From: Promethearchaeota archaeon
GTDB lineage: Archaea; Asgardarchaeota; Lokiarchaeia; Sigyniarchaeales; SOKP01
Assembly: GCA_019058245.1 (NCBI GenBank)
Contig: JAHPZJ010000008.1
Coordinates: forward strand, 64,001-128,000
Direction of reading: 5' to 3'
Length of the DNA: 64,000 bases
Positions 50,811 to 61,700 of the stretch are shown in pieces (positions within the stretch are counted from its first letter, which is position 1; each line of letters starts with the position of its first letter). A program made the position numbers and the translations under genes. The notes beneath the pieces were generated by a model. It was not told the DNA's origin. It was given only the letters and a program-made list of their open reading frames with translations, and did not search any database.

Positions 50811-51740
50811 TTAGCATTTAGATCTGTTTATAAGCCCTTGTAAATCCTTTAACCTGCTTCTTAATGTTACCTCTGTTATTTTTGCAACTTGAGCAATTTC
50901 TACTTGATTTTTTTTAAAATTAGTTTTATTAGCAACCAAATATAACGCCGCAGCCGCTAATCCTTTGGGATCTTTTCCAATAATAGGTAAACCTTTTTTA
51001 GAACTTTCTTGAAGCAAATTTAGCGCTTTAATTTTTATTTCTTCTGGTAATTCTAGTTTATTACCAAAAAGAAAAACAAGCTTATCAACGGAAATTGGAT
51101 GGTATTCCAAATGTAAAATCGGAAGTATTTGCCTAATGATCATCCCTAAAGACCTAAATAATGTACGGTTAGGGACCATAGAGACATCAGCTACATCATC
51201 GAGTAATTTTGGGAATTCATGAATTCTTATAGCAGCATATAATGAAGCGGCAATAAATCCTTCAATTGACCTCCCCATCGTTAATTTTTGCTTAGCTACT
51301 TCACAATATATTCTCCAAGCTGTTTCAGTAATGTAAATAGGCATATTGAGTTTTGAAGCATACAATTTTAATTTAGGTTGTGCTTCCCAAAAATTCCTTT
51401 CTAAAGAATTTATAAGAGATCTTTGAATTTTAGAAAGCCTTGAAAACAATAAATTATTCTTCGCATTTAGAAGATTTCCTTGAGAATCAATTCTAGTACT
51501 TGGAAGTATTGTTCTTGGACCAAATTCTCTCCATGAAGGTTCAGTTTGTCTTCTTTTTTTAACTTCTTCATTGGTGTATGCTCTTTTTTCATTTTCTACT
51601 AAAACTTGACCTAGGATGGTTCCACAATTTGTACAAACCTTACTCCCTCCTTTATATTCAACACATGGATTATCACAACAATGATCTACTTCTGGACAGA
51701 TATTGATTGGTTCAAATCTATGTATATACTTATAAATTAT
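50811..51740 (-). CDS. tfb: Transcription initiation factor IIB (TFB), probable non-canonical start
   Basis: Two cyclin folds (GRSIEG, GKDPKGLAAAALY, TEVTLRSR). The frame is open up to 51749 and encodes the Zn ribbon (CCDNP...VCTNCG) and EKRAY B-reader-like segment, with no ATG/GTG/TTG upstream of 51449. Confidence 0.88.
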   Translation of the reverse strand: MIYKYIHRFEPINICPEVDHCCDNPCVEYKGGSKVCTNCGTILGQVLVENEKRAYTNEEVKKRRQTEPSWREFGPRTILPSTRIDSQGNLLNAKNNLLFSRLSKIQRSLINSLERNFWEAQPKLKLYASKLNMPIYITETAWRIYCEVAKQKLTMGRSIEGFIAASLYAAIRIHEFPKLLDDVADVSMVPNRTLFRSLGMIIRQILPILHLEYHPISVDKLVFLFGNKLELPEEIKIKALNLLQESSKKGLPIIGKDPKGLAAAALYLVANKTNFKKNQVEIAQVAKITEVTLRSRLKDLQGLINRSKC

Positions 51741-52135
51741 AAATTCCCCCTAAATATTGTTTTTTAAATCTCTATAATTGAGAAAAGAATCAGTGAATTT
51801 CTTTTCCAGTAGTTGGATATAAATACAAAAAGAAAAATCTATGTCTTATATATAATAAGAAATAGACTGATTTTTTAGAGATTTAGCATTAAAATTATTC
51901 ATTGAATTATACAATAATTTCGCATTAAATAGCAAAATCTTATGATAAAATAAACTTTAACATATATAAATAATAAAGTAATGACAATCTGGAGCCTACC
52001 AGTAAATTAGAACTCCAATAAAGCTATCTCCACAAAAATAATGGAGATTAGAATGTAGTGCTTCTTTTTGATAATTCAATTATTATTTATTTAATTTTTA
52101 AGTTTGATTTTAGAAACCTTACCATCCTAAAAAAA

Positions 52136-52399
52136 TTATTTTTTATCTGAATCCTTAATAATTTCCGCAGATTTCTCCATTGAAATTATTTCTGAAAGCT
52201 CTATATTGTAATCAAAATCATAATAATCTCTTATATTATAATGCTGATCAATAAAAATAACATAGGAATGCTCACAAGTGAAGTTTTCATCAATATTTAG
52301 CAAACAAAGCCCACTTGCCTTAAATTTGATTTGCTCCTCATCAATAGAAAGCATACGGTTTTTTGAACATTTAGGACATCTTATATTTATAACAACCAT
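52136..52399 (-). CDS. Stand-alone or truncated duplicate of the neighbour's N-terminal Zn-binding domain
   Basis: CPKCSKNR...LNIDENFTCEHSY...NIRDY nearly repeats the N-terminus of 52517-53407. Confidence 0.7.
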   Translation of the reverse strand: MVVINIRCPKCSKNRMLSIDEEQIKFKASGLCLLNIDENFTCEHSYVIFIDQHYNIRDYYDFDYNIELSEIISMEKSAEIIKDSDKK

Positions 52400-52516
52400 A
52401 ATAGCATGGATTTAGCCAATTAAAAATTTAACAATATATTGTATTAGAAAGAACCACAAATAAAGTTTTCCATACTCAAAATAAGAAGTTTTAAGCTTGT
52501 TTTTAATATTTTACTA

Positions 52517-53407
52517 CTATAAATCCTTTAATCCAAACCTATATTTATCTGGATTTAAACGATAATACCCCACTGAATCTTTCCACTTTGAAAACTTTAC
52601 TGGAAAATCGAAATATTCATTAACTATTTCCATCAGAAAGTCTAAATATTGCTGAGTTATTTTGGTACCACGTACAAAAGAGATATGATCAACAATACTT
52701 TCGATGTAGATATTTTGGTTCTTTTCTTGATTTTCTATAAATTCACATATAATTCTTGCTAAGTCACGAGCATTTTTTATATGATTCCTTAATTGTGTTA
52801 TGCCCACCGAAGTATCTGGAGCATCGATGTATGTATTTATTATTCTCTTTTCTATTTTTAACCTTTTTATATCAATAAAATCATAAGGGTTCTTTAATAC
52901 AGTAGATGTATCCAAAACTATATGTTTTTTATATTTAGATTTAAATTTTTTATATTCCGCTTTTGATACAAGTTCCATTTCAAACTCAAAAAGCCTTTTA
53001 GTGATCTCTTCAAAAAAAGGGATAAGATTATCATAATAAATATTTTTATCTCGAATGATAAGAATTGGCTTTTTAGAAATAATTGCTTTAAAAATAATAG
53101 TGATTATATTTGCAGTAAGATTCATTTTGACTAGATCAAAGTCATAAGAGGGCCTTGATTCGTCTATAACTTTTACAGGTTCTTCCTCGGGTATTAATTC
53201 TGGAAGTTCAATATCATAGTCAAAATTAAAATAATCCCTAATATTGAATTGTCGATCTAAATAGGCAATATAAGAATGTTCACATGTGAAATTTTCATCA
53301 ATATTTAAAGAAAAAAGACCACTATCTTTAAATTGAATTTGGTCTTCATTAATAGTTAAAAAACGGTTTTTTGAACATTTTGGACAAATAATATTTAATT
53401 TAACCAT
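52517..53407 (-). CDS. Hypothetical protein with N-terminal CxxC...CxH domain
   Basis: CPKC and CEH motifs followed by an alpha/beta and helical region. Confidence 0.75.
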   Translation of the reverse strand: MVKLNIICPKCSKNRFLTINEDQIQFKDSGLFSLNIDENFTCEHSYIAYLDRQFNIRDYFNFDYDIELPELIPEEEPVKVIDESRPSYDFDLVKMNLTANIITIIFKAIISKKPILIIRDKNIYYDNLIPFFEEITKRLFEFEMELVSKAEYKKFKSKYKKHIVLDTSTVLKNPYDFIDIKRLKIEKRIINTYIDAPDTSVGITQLRNHIKNARDLARIICEFIENQEKNQNIYIESIVDHISFVRGTKITQQYLDFLMEIVNEYFDFPVKFSKWKDSVGYYRLNPDKYRFGLKDL

Positions 53408-53577
53408 TATAGAGAGGCGTTTTTACATTAAGCAATTATTTTTATAGAGTATTTGGATAGAAAAGTAAATAAAGATTTCGGTACTTCTTAAATATTGTTT
53501 CAATCATGGTTTAAAATAAGCTTTTTATGAATAAACTTCTTACATATAAATTATTATTATTTTATTAGAAAAAATTA

Positions 53578-54804
53578 TTGATTAAAATGTTTAAATTTAA
53601 GATTAACAAGTCAATGATTCATGGTTCTGTAGAACCGGGATTTGAAGAAGTGAAAGAAGAATTTATTAATAATTTTGAAAAAGGAGAAGAAGTTGGAGCT
53701 GCTTTTTCGGCATATTATAAAGGTAAAAAAGTTGTGGATTTATGGGGAGGATACCGTGATGCAAAAACCAAAGATCCATGGAAGGAAGACACATTAGTTC
53801 TTGTTTTTTCTACAACTAAAGGTATTTCGGGATTAGCTTGTGCTCTCGCACATTCGAAGGGTTATTTTGAATATGATGAAAAGGTATCAAAATATTGGCC
53901 CAAATTTGCCCAGAATGACAAAGATAATATAACAGTGAGACAGCTATTATCACACAAAGCAGGATTGTGCGCAATAGATGAACCATTAGATATAGATAAA
54001 CTCGGGGATCCTGATAAGATGAAAATTGCAATCGAAACGCAAAAACCCTTATGGGAACCAGGAAAAATGCATGGATATCATGGAATAACACTTGGTTGGT
54101 ATGAGAGTGAATTAATTAGAAAGACAGATCCTCAACATCGAACTATTGGTCAATTCTTTCGTGATGAAATTGCAAAACCACTAGGATTGGAGATTTATAT
54201 AGGATTACCAGATGATGTACCTGATCATCGGATCGCAAATTTATATTCTCCATTTTATAAGTTTCGAATGATTTTTAATACAGATAAATATCCTAAACCT
54301 TTTGTAAAAGCATTTATGAAAAAAGGTACTATTACAAACAGAACTTTTTCCAATCCTAAAGTGCTACAAACGGCAAAAAATTATAACACACGGGAATTGC
54401 GTAAAATAGAATTGCCAGCTGCAAATGGGATAGTTCAAGTCAGAGATGTGGCAAAATTATATAGTATTTTTGCATCTGGAGGCAAAGAATTAAATATTAA
54501 GACAGAAACAATGAATGCTTTAATGAAACCCGCTGCTGTTCCAGATTTAGGAACTCTTGATCAGGTCCTTCAGATTAATTTGCGTTACTCTTTAGGATTC
54601 TTAAAACCATCAGTAGACTTTCATTTTGGCACAGATGAAAAAGCATTTGGTACATCTGGAACTGGTGGCTCATTTGGATGCGCTGATCCTAACACTCAAT
54701 CGAGTTATTGCTATGCTATGAACAATCTTGGTTTTTATATAGTAGCTGATCCTCGTGAAAAAATATTAGCAGACACTTTTTTTAAGTGTATCAAAAATTT
54801 ATAA
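53578..54804 (+). CDS. Serine hydrolase, beta-lactamase-related esterase (family VIII)
   Basis: VVDLWGG, FSTTK (SxxK), LLSHKAGL, WEPG..HGYH and GTGGSFG motifs. Confidence 0.92.
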   Translation: MIKMFKFKINKSMIHGSVEPGFEEVKEEFINNFEKGEEVGAAFSAYYKGKKVVDLWGGYRDAKTKDPWKEDTLVLVFSTTKGISGLACALAHSKGYFEYDEKVSKYWPKFAQNDKDNITVRQLLSHKAGLCAIDEPLDIDKLGDPDKMKIAIETQKPLWEPGKMHGYHGITLGWYESELIRKTDPQHRTIGQFFRDEIAKPLGLEIYIGLPDDVPDHRIANLYSPFYKFRMIFNTDKYPKPFVKAFMKKGTITNRTFSNPKVLQTAKNYNTRELRKIELPAANGIVQVRDVAKLYSIFASGGKELNIKTETMNALMKPAAVPDLGTLDQVLQINLRYSLGFLKPSVDFHFGTDEKAFGTSGTGGSFGCADPNTQSSYCYAMNNLGFYIVADPREKILADTFFKCIKNL

Positions 54805-54936
54805 TTTCTATATATAATATTCTCTATATTCTTTTCAATGATTAGTATATTTAAAAAATGAATAAAAAAAAGCCTTTTATGAATAATAGTCCTGAGATTT
54901 CATTATTAAATCCCACTATCTTTCTTAGTATATAGA

Positions 54937-56118
54937 TTATAGAGGAAGGATTTTTCCATTTTTTATTATGTATTTATTCTTTAGTATGTTTGGATTCTCC
55001 ATAATTGTTTTCATTATTTGGGCATCAGTTTTTTTCTTTTTCTCAAGAATCTTAAGTATTGGTGTTTCACCTATAGCCATTTGTGCTAATTCAGTAATAT
55101 AATATGAATTAATATTCCTTTTAATAGCATATGTCGATAGATTTGAAAGACAGCCTGTGCAAATATGGGCTATTATATCTGCATTTATATTTTCTGCTTC
55201 GGATATTCTCTCTTCTGCGATTTTCGTTCCCAATTTTCTACTTGATGAAGAAACAGGTAAACCACAACAATGAGAATTTTCTCGATTGTATTTCATCTCT
55301 ACAACCTCTGCGCCAAGAATCTCAAGAAATTCCCTTGGACCATCGTATATTTTCTTGTCGTATATCCTCCACGTACAGGGATCTTGAAATGCAATTCTTT
55401 TATTTATCTTCTGTTTGATTTTGAATTCACCTTTATGATATTTTTCAATAAAATATTCAATAACAGTTTGAGCTTCTATGTTAAAATCTTCAATAATAGA
55501 AGGATAAATATTTCTGATCATAGTATCACATCCTGGACAGAAGGTAATGAGTTTTTTTATTCCTAGTGTCTTGAGTTTTTCATAAAATTCTAACCCTTTT
55601 ATTTTACTCTCTTTTTCACCAAAATAAGAATATGCATAAGCAGAACAACAATATTTCATTCCTCCCAACAAGGGGAAATCCTCAAACAATTTAGTGTTAG
55701 CCAACTCTTGATAAAAATAAGAAATACCACACCCCAAATAGAACATTGTATCGCATTTTGGGGGATTTTCATATTTAATTATTTGTTGTTGTTTTTGCTC
55801 CTTATCAATCTCAAATCCAATTTTCATCAAGTTATATGGCATTTCTTCACTAATAATTCCTATACATCTAACCCCATTCTCACGATGGTTTTTCATTCGT
55901 AATTCTCTTATTAGTTCAACAGGATTTGATCCCGTAGGACAAATTATATTGCAATAACCACAACCTGTGCATTCTTTAATTATTTTTTCTGATATTCTCG
56001 TCTCAATCATTTTACTAATTTCTTCTTTAGCAATTTCTATCGGTAATTGCATTGTTGGACACTTTTCAAGACATATTCCACACCGTAAACAAGTATTTTC
56101 ATTAAACATAATCATCAA
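54937..56118 (-). CDS. Fe-S oxidoreductase (HdrD/GlpC-like, CCG domains)
   Basis: CLRCGICLEKCP, CTGCGYCNIICP, CCS, CPGC, QDPC, CCG and CTGC motifs. Confidence 0.88.
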   Translation of the reverse strand: MMIMFNENTCLRCGICLEKCPTMQLPIEIAKEEISKMIETRISEKIIKECTGCGYCNIICPTGSNPVELIRELRMKNHRENGVRCIGIISEEMPYNLMKIGFEIDKEQKQQQIIKYENPPKCDTMFYLGCGISYFYQELANTKLFEDFPLLGGMKYCCSAYAYSYFGEKESKIKGLEFYEKLKTLGIKKLITFCPGCDTMIRNIYPSIIEDFNIEAQTVIEYFIEKYHKGEFKIKQKINKRIAFQDPCTWRIYDKKIYDGPREFLEILGAEVVEMKYNRENSHCCGLPVSSSSRKLGTKIAEERISEAENINADIIAHICTGCLSNLSTYAIKRNINSYYITELAQMAIGETPILKILEKKKKTDAQIMKTIMENPNILKNKYIIKNGKILPL

Positions 56119-56154
56119 CTCTAAAGTCTTATATAAATAAGTTTTATATAAAAA

Positions 56155-57636
56155 TTATACTTTCCCTATTATTCCATCCCATGCTTTTCGTTCTTTTTCG
56201 AATAATGCATGAGCGACTTTACATTCTTTTCCAAATAATAACGTGGTTCTAGTTTTTTTATCATAAGTGGGCCATTGTGGTATACCATCATGATTTGGAT
56301 TACCAGTATGAGCAAATGAAAGCCAAGCATCCATCATATTTTCACATAAATTTCCTATATCAGATGCATCACCCACAAGACCATCCGCTCCAGGTACTTT
56401 AAGAGTATTAAATACAAATGGGATTTCAAGAGCATGACAAGCACCAAGGCGTCCATTTAATACGGAAGTTTCCCATGTAAATAAGTAATTATAAGTATTT
56501 TGTTGATAGATGGATTGTGCTTCAAGTATTTGTAGTGTTGCAACTCGAATCATTAGATCAGTAACAATAGAATCCAATAATTCTTTAGGATCATTTGGAA
56601 AGATTCCCGCTCGCGCCTCTTTATAAGTTTCAATAATATTTCTAGCTTTCTCAGAATTTATTCCATTCATACCTAAATAAGCCATTATAGTTTTTTCATC
56701 CTTTATTTCACGTGTAGCAGGATTCAATGCAGTAAAAAGCTTGCCTTCATGTAGGTTAGATCCCATCATTAAATCAATATTTTTACATTTACCCTCCTTG
56801 AATAGGGTTAAAGGATGCACGGGAAATGTATCACCATCGATTATTGGCCTAAATAATAGTCCTCCTTTATTAGTGATTTCATTTTGAGCTTTTATAATTT
56901 CTTCAGCTGGTACTTTACGTAATGCATTAATATCTTTATTTTTAATCCCTAAAGCCCTCATCAAATCTTTTGTAGGTTTTTTTAACACTTTGGGATCAAT
57001 AGTTGGCATACTTTGTGCTATAATACGACGAAAGAGACCCTTAGCAGCAGGCATCGCTGTTAGAGTAATAACAGAATAAGCACCTGCAGATTCTCCAAAA
57101 ATTGTAATATTATCTGGATCACCCCCAAATTTAGTAATATTATCATTAACCCATTTTAATGCTAAAACCTGATCTAATTGTCCTGCATTTGCAGTTTCAC
57201 CAGGAATAAAAAGATATCCAAAAGCACCCAATCGATAATTTATCGTTACTATAACAACATCACCACGTTTAGCTAAATGAGATCCATCAAAGGCGGGTGC
57301 TCTACTTCCACGTATAGTGAAACCCCCACCATGTATCCAAAACATTACTGGCCTCTTCTTATTATCAATTGCAGGAGTCCAAATATTAAGTGTTAAACAA
57401 TCTTCGCTTTCGGGTTGAAGTTTATCGCCTAAAACTTCTAAAAATGAATATCCTTGAAATGCACAGGGTCCAAATTCTGTAGTTTCTAACACACCATCCC
57501 AAGGTTTTTTAGCTTGTGGAGGACTAAATCGTAAATCACCAACAGGAGGCTCAGCATAAGGAATACCTTTAAAAATTTGCACACCATTTTCAGTATAACC
57601 TTTTATTTTTCCAAAACTGGTTTGTACAATTGTCAT
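56155..57636 (-). CDS. Type-B carboxylesterase
   Basis: FKGIPYA.PPVGDLRF, SEDCLTLNIW, HGGG, GESAG and ACHALE motifs. Confidence 0.95.
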   Translation of the reverse strand: MTIVQTSFGKIKGYTENGVQIFKGIPYAEPPVGDLRFSPPQAKKPWDGVLETTEFGPCAFQGYSFLEVLGDKLQPESEDCLTLNIWTPAIDNKKRPVMFWIHGGGFTIRGSRAPAFDGSHLAKRGDVVIVTINYRLGAFGYLFIPGETANAGQLDQVLALKWVNDNITKFGGDPDNITIFGESAGAYSVITLTAMPAAKGLFRRIIAQSMPTIDPKVLKKPTKDLMRALGIKNKDINALRKVPAEEIIKAQNEITNKGGLLFRPIIDGDTFPVHPLTLFKEGKCKNIDLMMGSNLHEGKLFTALNPATREIKDEKTIMAYLGMNGINSEKARNIIETYKEARAGIFPNDPKELLDSIVTDLMIRVATLQILEAQSIYQQNTYNYLFTWETSVLNGRLGACHALEIPFVFNTLKVPGADGLVGDASDIGNLCENMMDAWLSFAHTGNPNHDGIPQWPTYDKKTRTTLLFGKECKVAHALFEKERKAWDGIIGKV

Positions 57637-57760
57637 ATTATCATAAAAATCTGCAATAAATATAAACTATGTATTTAATAAAAAAAAGAATAAAATTCCC
57701 TTTATTGTCTTTTATTGAATATGTTCTTTTCTTCGAAATAATATTTACTTGATTATATCT

Positions 57761-58534
57761 TCATTTGATACCGTAAATTAAAGCCATGGTTTTTAATTCG
57801 GTTTTGATCACTTTGGGCATTGGGATCTCATCTACTGTTTCAACAAAATTAACTTGCTGAATACCCCATTCCTTAATCTGTTTTATAAAATCCTCAATTA
57901 GACCATATCTTCTTTTATTCAAAAATGTATCTTGTAGGGAGAATCTTCCACCCTTCTTTAAAACACGTAAAGACTCATTAACGAGCTCTCTTTTATCTCT
58001 TGTATCTCTAACTTCATGAAATACAAAATTGCTCACAATAGCATCAAATTCGCCTTCCTTAAAAGGCAAATTTGAGGCACTTGCTTTCTGAAATATAACT
58101 TGATCTGCTACTCCTTCATGTTTAGCATTTTGTTCACATTGCTGTTTTGAATAATCCCAAGTTTTACCCCAATAATCAATTCCCCATATATTAGATTTAG
58201 GAAACTTTTTTGCTAGTTGAATTGCCAATCCTCCTGATCCCGTCCCAACGTCAAGTGCTTTCCCTTGTCCATTCCAAAGTAATTTCTGGATGACTAAATC
58301 CCATGTTTTAAATTGAAATGCATTATTCTTTACTGAAAAATAATAAAAAAGATGCATCATATAAATGAAGGGTAAAAGCCATACACCTGCTAATACCCAT
58401 AAAATAATCTTTATTATTGAAAGTATTGGAAATAAAGTAGGAATTAATAATAATAAAAATATCCCTAAAAAGAAATATATTATACTTCGAGAAACCCAAT
58501 TTCCATAATTTATTGACTTGCTCATTTTTGCCAC
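57761..58534 (-). CDS. Membrane-anchored class I SAM methyltransferase
   Basis: Two N-terminal TM helices; LDVGTGSG, LPFKEGEFD and RVLKKGG motifs. Confidence 0.9.
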   Translation of the reverse strand: MAKMSKSINYGNWVSRSIIYFFLGIFLLLLIPTLFPILSIIKIILWVLAGVWLLPFIYMMHLFYYFSVKNNAFQFKTWDLVIQKLLWNGQGKALDVGTGSGGLAIQLAKKFPKSNIWGIDYWGKTWDYSKQQCEQNAKHEGVADQVIFQKASASNLPFKEGEFDAIVSNFVFHEVRDTRDKRELVNESLRVLKKGGRFSLQDTFLNKRRYGLIEDFIKQIKEWGIQQVNFVETVDEIPMPKVIKTELKTMALIYGIK

Positions 58535-58796
58535 TAATACATGTTATTTTTGATTATTGATAGTTAATTCTTATATTTAAATTTAGTTGTGCCTAATTTG
58601 ATCTATTTATTACCATAATATAAATAGTATAGAGAAATATAAGTTTTTATTATAAGTGTATTAGATAATCATTAATCCTTAAAATTCTAAAAGAATATTT
58701 TGATTGGATTTCCTTATACTTTTTTTTCTTAAAGACATGGATTTTTCCGGATCACATGAAAGAAATCAACCTTCTCATATTTTATCCAAGCATCAT

Positions 58797-61700
58797 TTAA
58801 GCTTCAGGTAATAGAATTACAAAAGAATCTCCTTCAACCCATATTTTTCCGTTGTAGTTGTTTAAAATTTGCTCAACTAAAAGGAATCCTAAAATTATTT
58901 CTTTAATCTTACTATCTTTTTCTCTTTCTTTTTGGAAGATCATCTCTTTTCCAATATTTAATATATCTTTTTGATAATCGATAAATTGTATTTTAACATA
59001 ATTTATATTATCCTCTTGGTGTTTGAAAATAATAATTTTAATATCAATAGTTGGGTTTTTATTGTATCTAATTGAACTAATAAGGATATTGATAAAAATA
59101 TCTATTAAAAATTTATCAGCTTTTACATATAGAACCTCAGAGGCTTGATCAACAATTATATTAATCTTTTTATTAGAATAACTACTTGTAATAAATTCTT
59201 TAACTTCATCAATAACATTGTTTAAATTTACGGGTTCAATTAAAACACTTGTTTCATTAATTAATTTTAATTGTTTTATGATATATATTAAAAGGCGGGC
59301 GTTTATACATTGATCTTTAACAAAATCCAATAATTCTCTTTTAGAACTTAATATAAGTTGACTCACTTGCTTTGTATTTTCATCTAATTTTAATTGAATA
59401 TTTTTTATTATAGAATTTATATCATTTATGAATAGCTCTTTATAAAAATATTCTTTATCTAATTCTTGATGCATAGATTCTTCACTTAATCGTAAGTTTT
59501 CTTCCGCTAATTTACGAAGCAATACATTTTTGAGTATTTCTGGAATAATAGTTGATAATTCTAGATTTTCCTCAATCCAATAATTCTGATCTGTTATATT
59601 ATCGAAACATAAAATTCCTTCTAAGCGTTGATTAATTTTTATAGAATATACTAGAAAATTTTCAACTTTTTGATTTTCAAGAAAATATTTTAAATTCACG
59701 GCTTCTCTTGGAAGATTATCCACCTTTTTAAGATAAAAATAATCAGATTCTTTTAATCTCTTGGTTACCCATGGAAAATAATCTATTATAAGATCTTCAG
59801 GTAACTTAATTTGAGGAACAATCAACTTTCGAGACCAGAAATAATGTCTTCTTATAACATTGAATTCTTTATTAAAAATATAAAGATATACTCGTGTTGC
59901 GTTAATGAATTCACCAATATCTCTAAGTGAATCAATTATTGCTTGATTAAATTCATATATACCTACAAATCTAGATACAATTTTAGTAATAATCGCCTTT
60001 AATTTAGATATCTTTTTTAATTCAGTTTCTATTTTTTTCCTTTCTGTTATATTCTCACAAATAATTTGATAAAATGTTTCATCGCCAATATCAACTATTG
60101 ATGATTGCAAATTAACCCAGATGAGGCTACCGTTTTTTTGATAAAGTTGGATTTCTAATGGAGAAAAAATTTTACCTCTTTCTTCTTTTTTCAGTCTTTT
60201 AAGAACATCTACTAAATAATCTTTATGTATTATTGAAAGATCTACAAATTTTCTTCCCATTAGTTCCTCTTTTGTATATCCTAAGGTTTCCTCTAGAACA
60301 GGATTGAAGTCAACTAAAGTTCCATTAGGATCAATTAAAAGAATAGAATAGGGTGAATTTTCGAACAGATGTCGAAATTTTATTTCAGAATGCCTTAATT
60401 TTATTTCTGCGTCCACTCTCTTACTAATATCTCGAATTATGTATTGGATAAAAACTTGTCCCCCCATCTGTAATTCATTCATACTAACTTCGACCGGAAT
60501 AAGATTACCTGAACTATCTATCACCTCTAATCTTAAAGGAAATGGAAAATTAGATTCATCAAATACTTTTTCATTAAACTCTATATTAATTATATCACTT
60601 AATATTTGACTTGAATGCAAACCAATAAAATCCTCGAATGGTCGTTGAAATAAAGACTCCGCTTCTTTATTCACATCCATTATTATTCCTGAATTTTTAT
60701 CAATTATTATAATAGCATCTCGAGCGGCTTTAAATAAAGCCTCATAACGTAATTCAGCTATTTTTAATGCTTCAATTGAAGGTCTATACAATTCAATTTG
60801 ATTAATTATTGTAGCATGAATAAATTCAAGAATGTATATAATTTCATTTTTATCTAAATAATTTTCTTTTACTTCACCGAATTGTTGGACAATGAAAGAA
60901 CTAAATTGGTTAATAATATTTTTAGGTATCTTTTCATTGTAATAAATCATTAAGCATAATGGTAATACACCACCTCTTATACTCACATCTTCAACAGAAT
61001 CAAAATAAATTGCTGCATTTGCATTTAAATGGGGAATAGGAAGAATTACTGATGCTGGTTTAAACTGATCACCTCCAAAAATAAACTGTGATATTGAAAA
61101 ACTTTTTACAGCAATCAATTCGGGATTCTCAAAAGCATCATCAGGATAAACTGCATCGATTTTAATCCCTAAATTTTCATCCCAACGACAAAAAATTATC
61201 CCAACATCTTTTCTGGGGGTATATTGCTCAACTCTCTCAGCAATTTTAAGGGTAAGCCAATTAAAAGCCTCATCAATGTTTATATTTTTAATTGCACTTG
61301 TTAAAAATGATTTAATTGGTCTTTTTCCCAATTTCTTCACTCCCATAGCTTCTTCTAATTCATTTATATCTTGCTTTTTTAAATCAACCTTATTAAAAAG
61401 AATAAGTAATGGTAATTCACTCAATTCGGGGTTCCCCGCAATTTCATGTAGTAGTTCACGGGCAAATGAAAATTTTATTTTATCCATAACATCTAATACA
61501 AAAATTAATCCATCTTGATTTTTTAGATAAGGTTTCCATAAGTCTTTAGCTCTATATTTCCCTGGTATATCATATGTCAATAGGGATATGTTATTAACTA
61601 AAATTCTGGAAATATCTACATTAATAGTTGGAAATGTTGTCTTTGAGACGGATTTTCTTCTTGTTCTTATTATTGTCGTTTTTCCTGCCAAGGAAAGCCC

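Noticed and set aside
53578-54804. Antibiotic-resistance beta-lactamase (also the MBL-fold gene at 10057-10866)
   Set aside because: Both lack signal peptides, and their motifs fit a family VIII esterase and a generic MBL hydrolase.
54-61518. Short ORF-track entries antisense to or out of frame within long genes (e.g. 54-236, 2931-3125, 6142-6402, 15904-16224, 31805-32059, 39801-40127, 55131-55566, 61276-61518)
   Set aside because: Shadow ORFs overlapping well-supported genes, with no motifs of their own.
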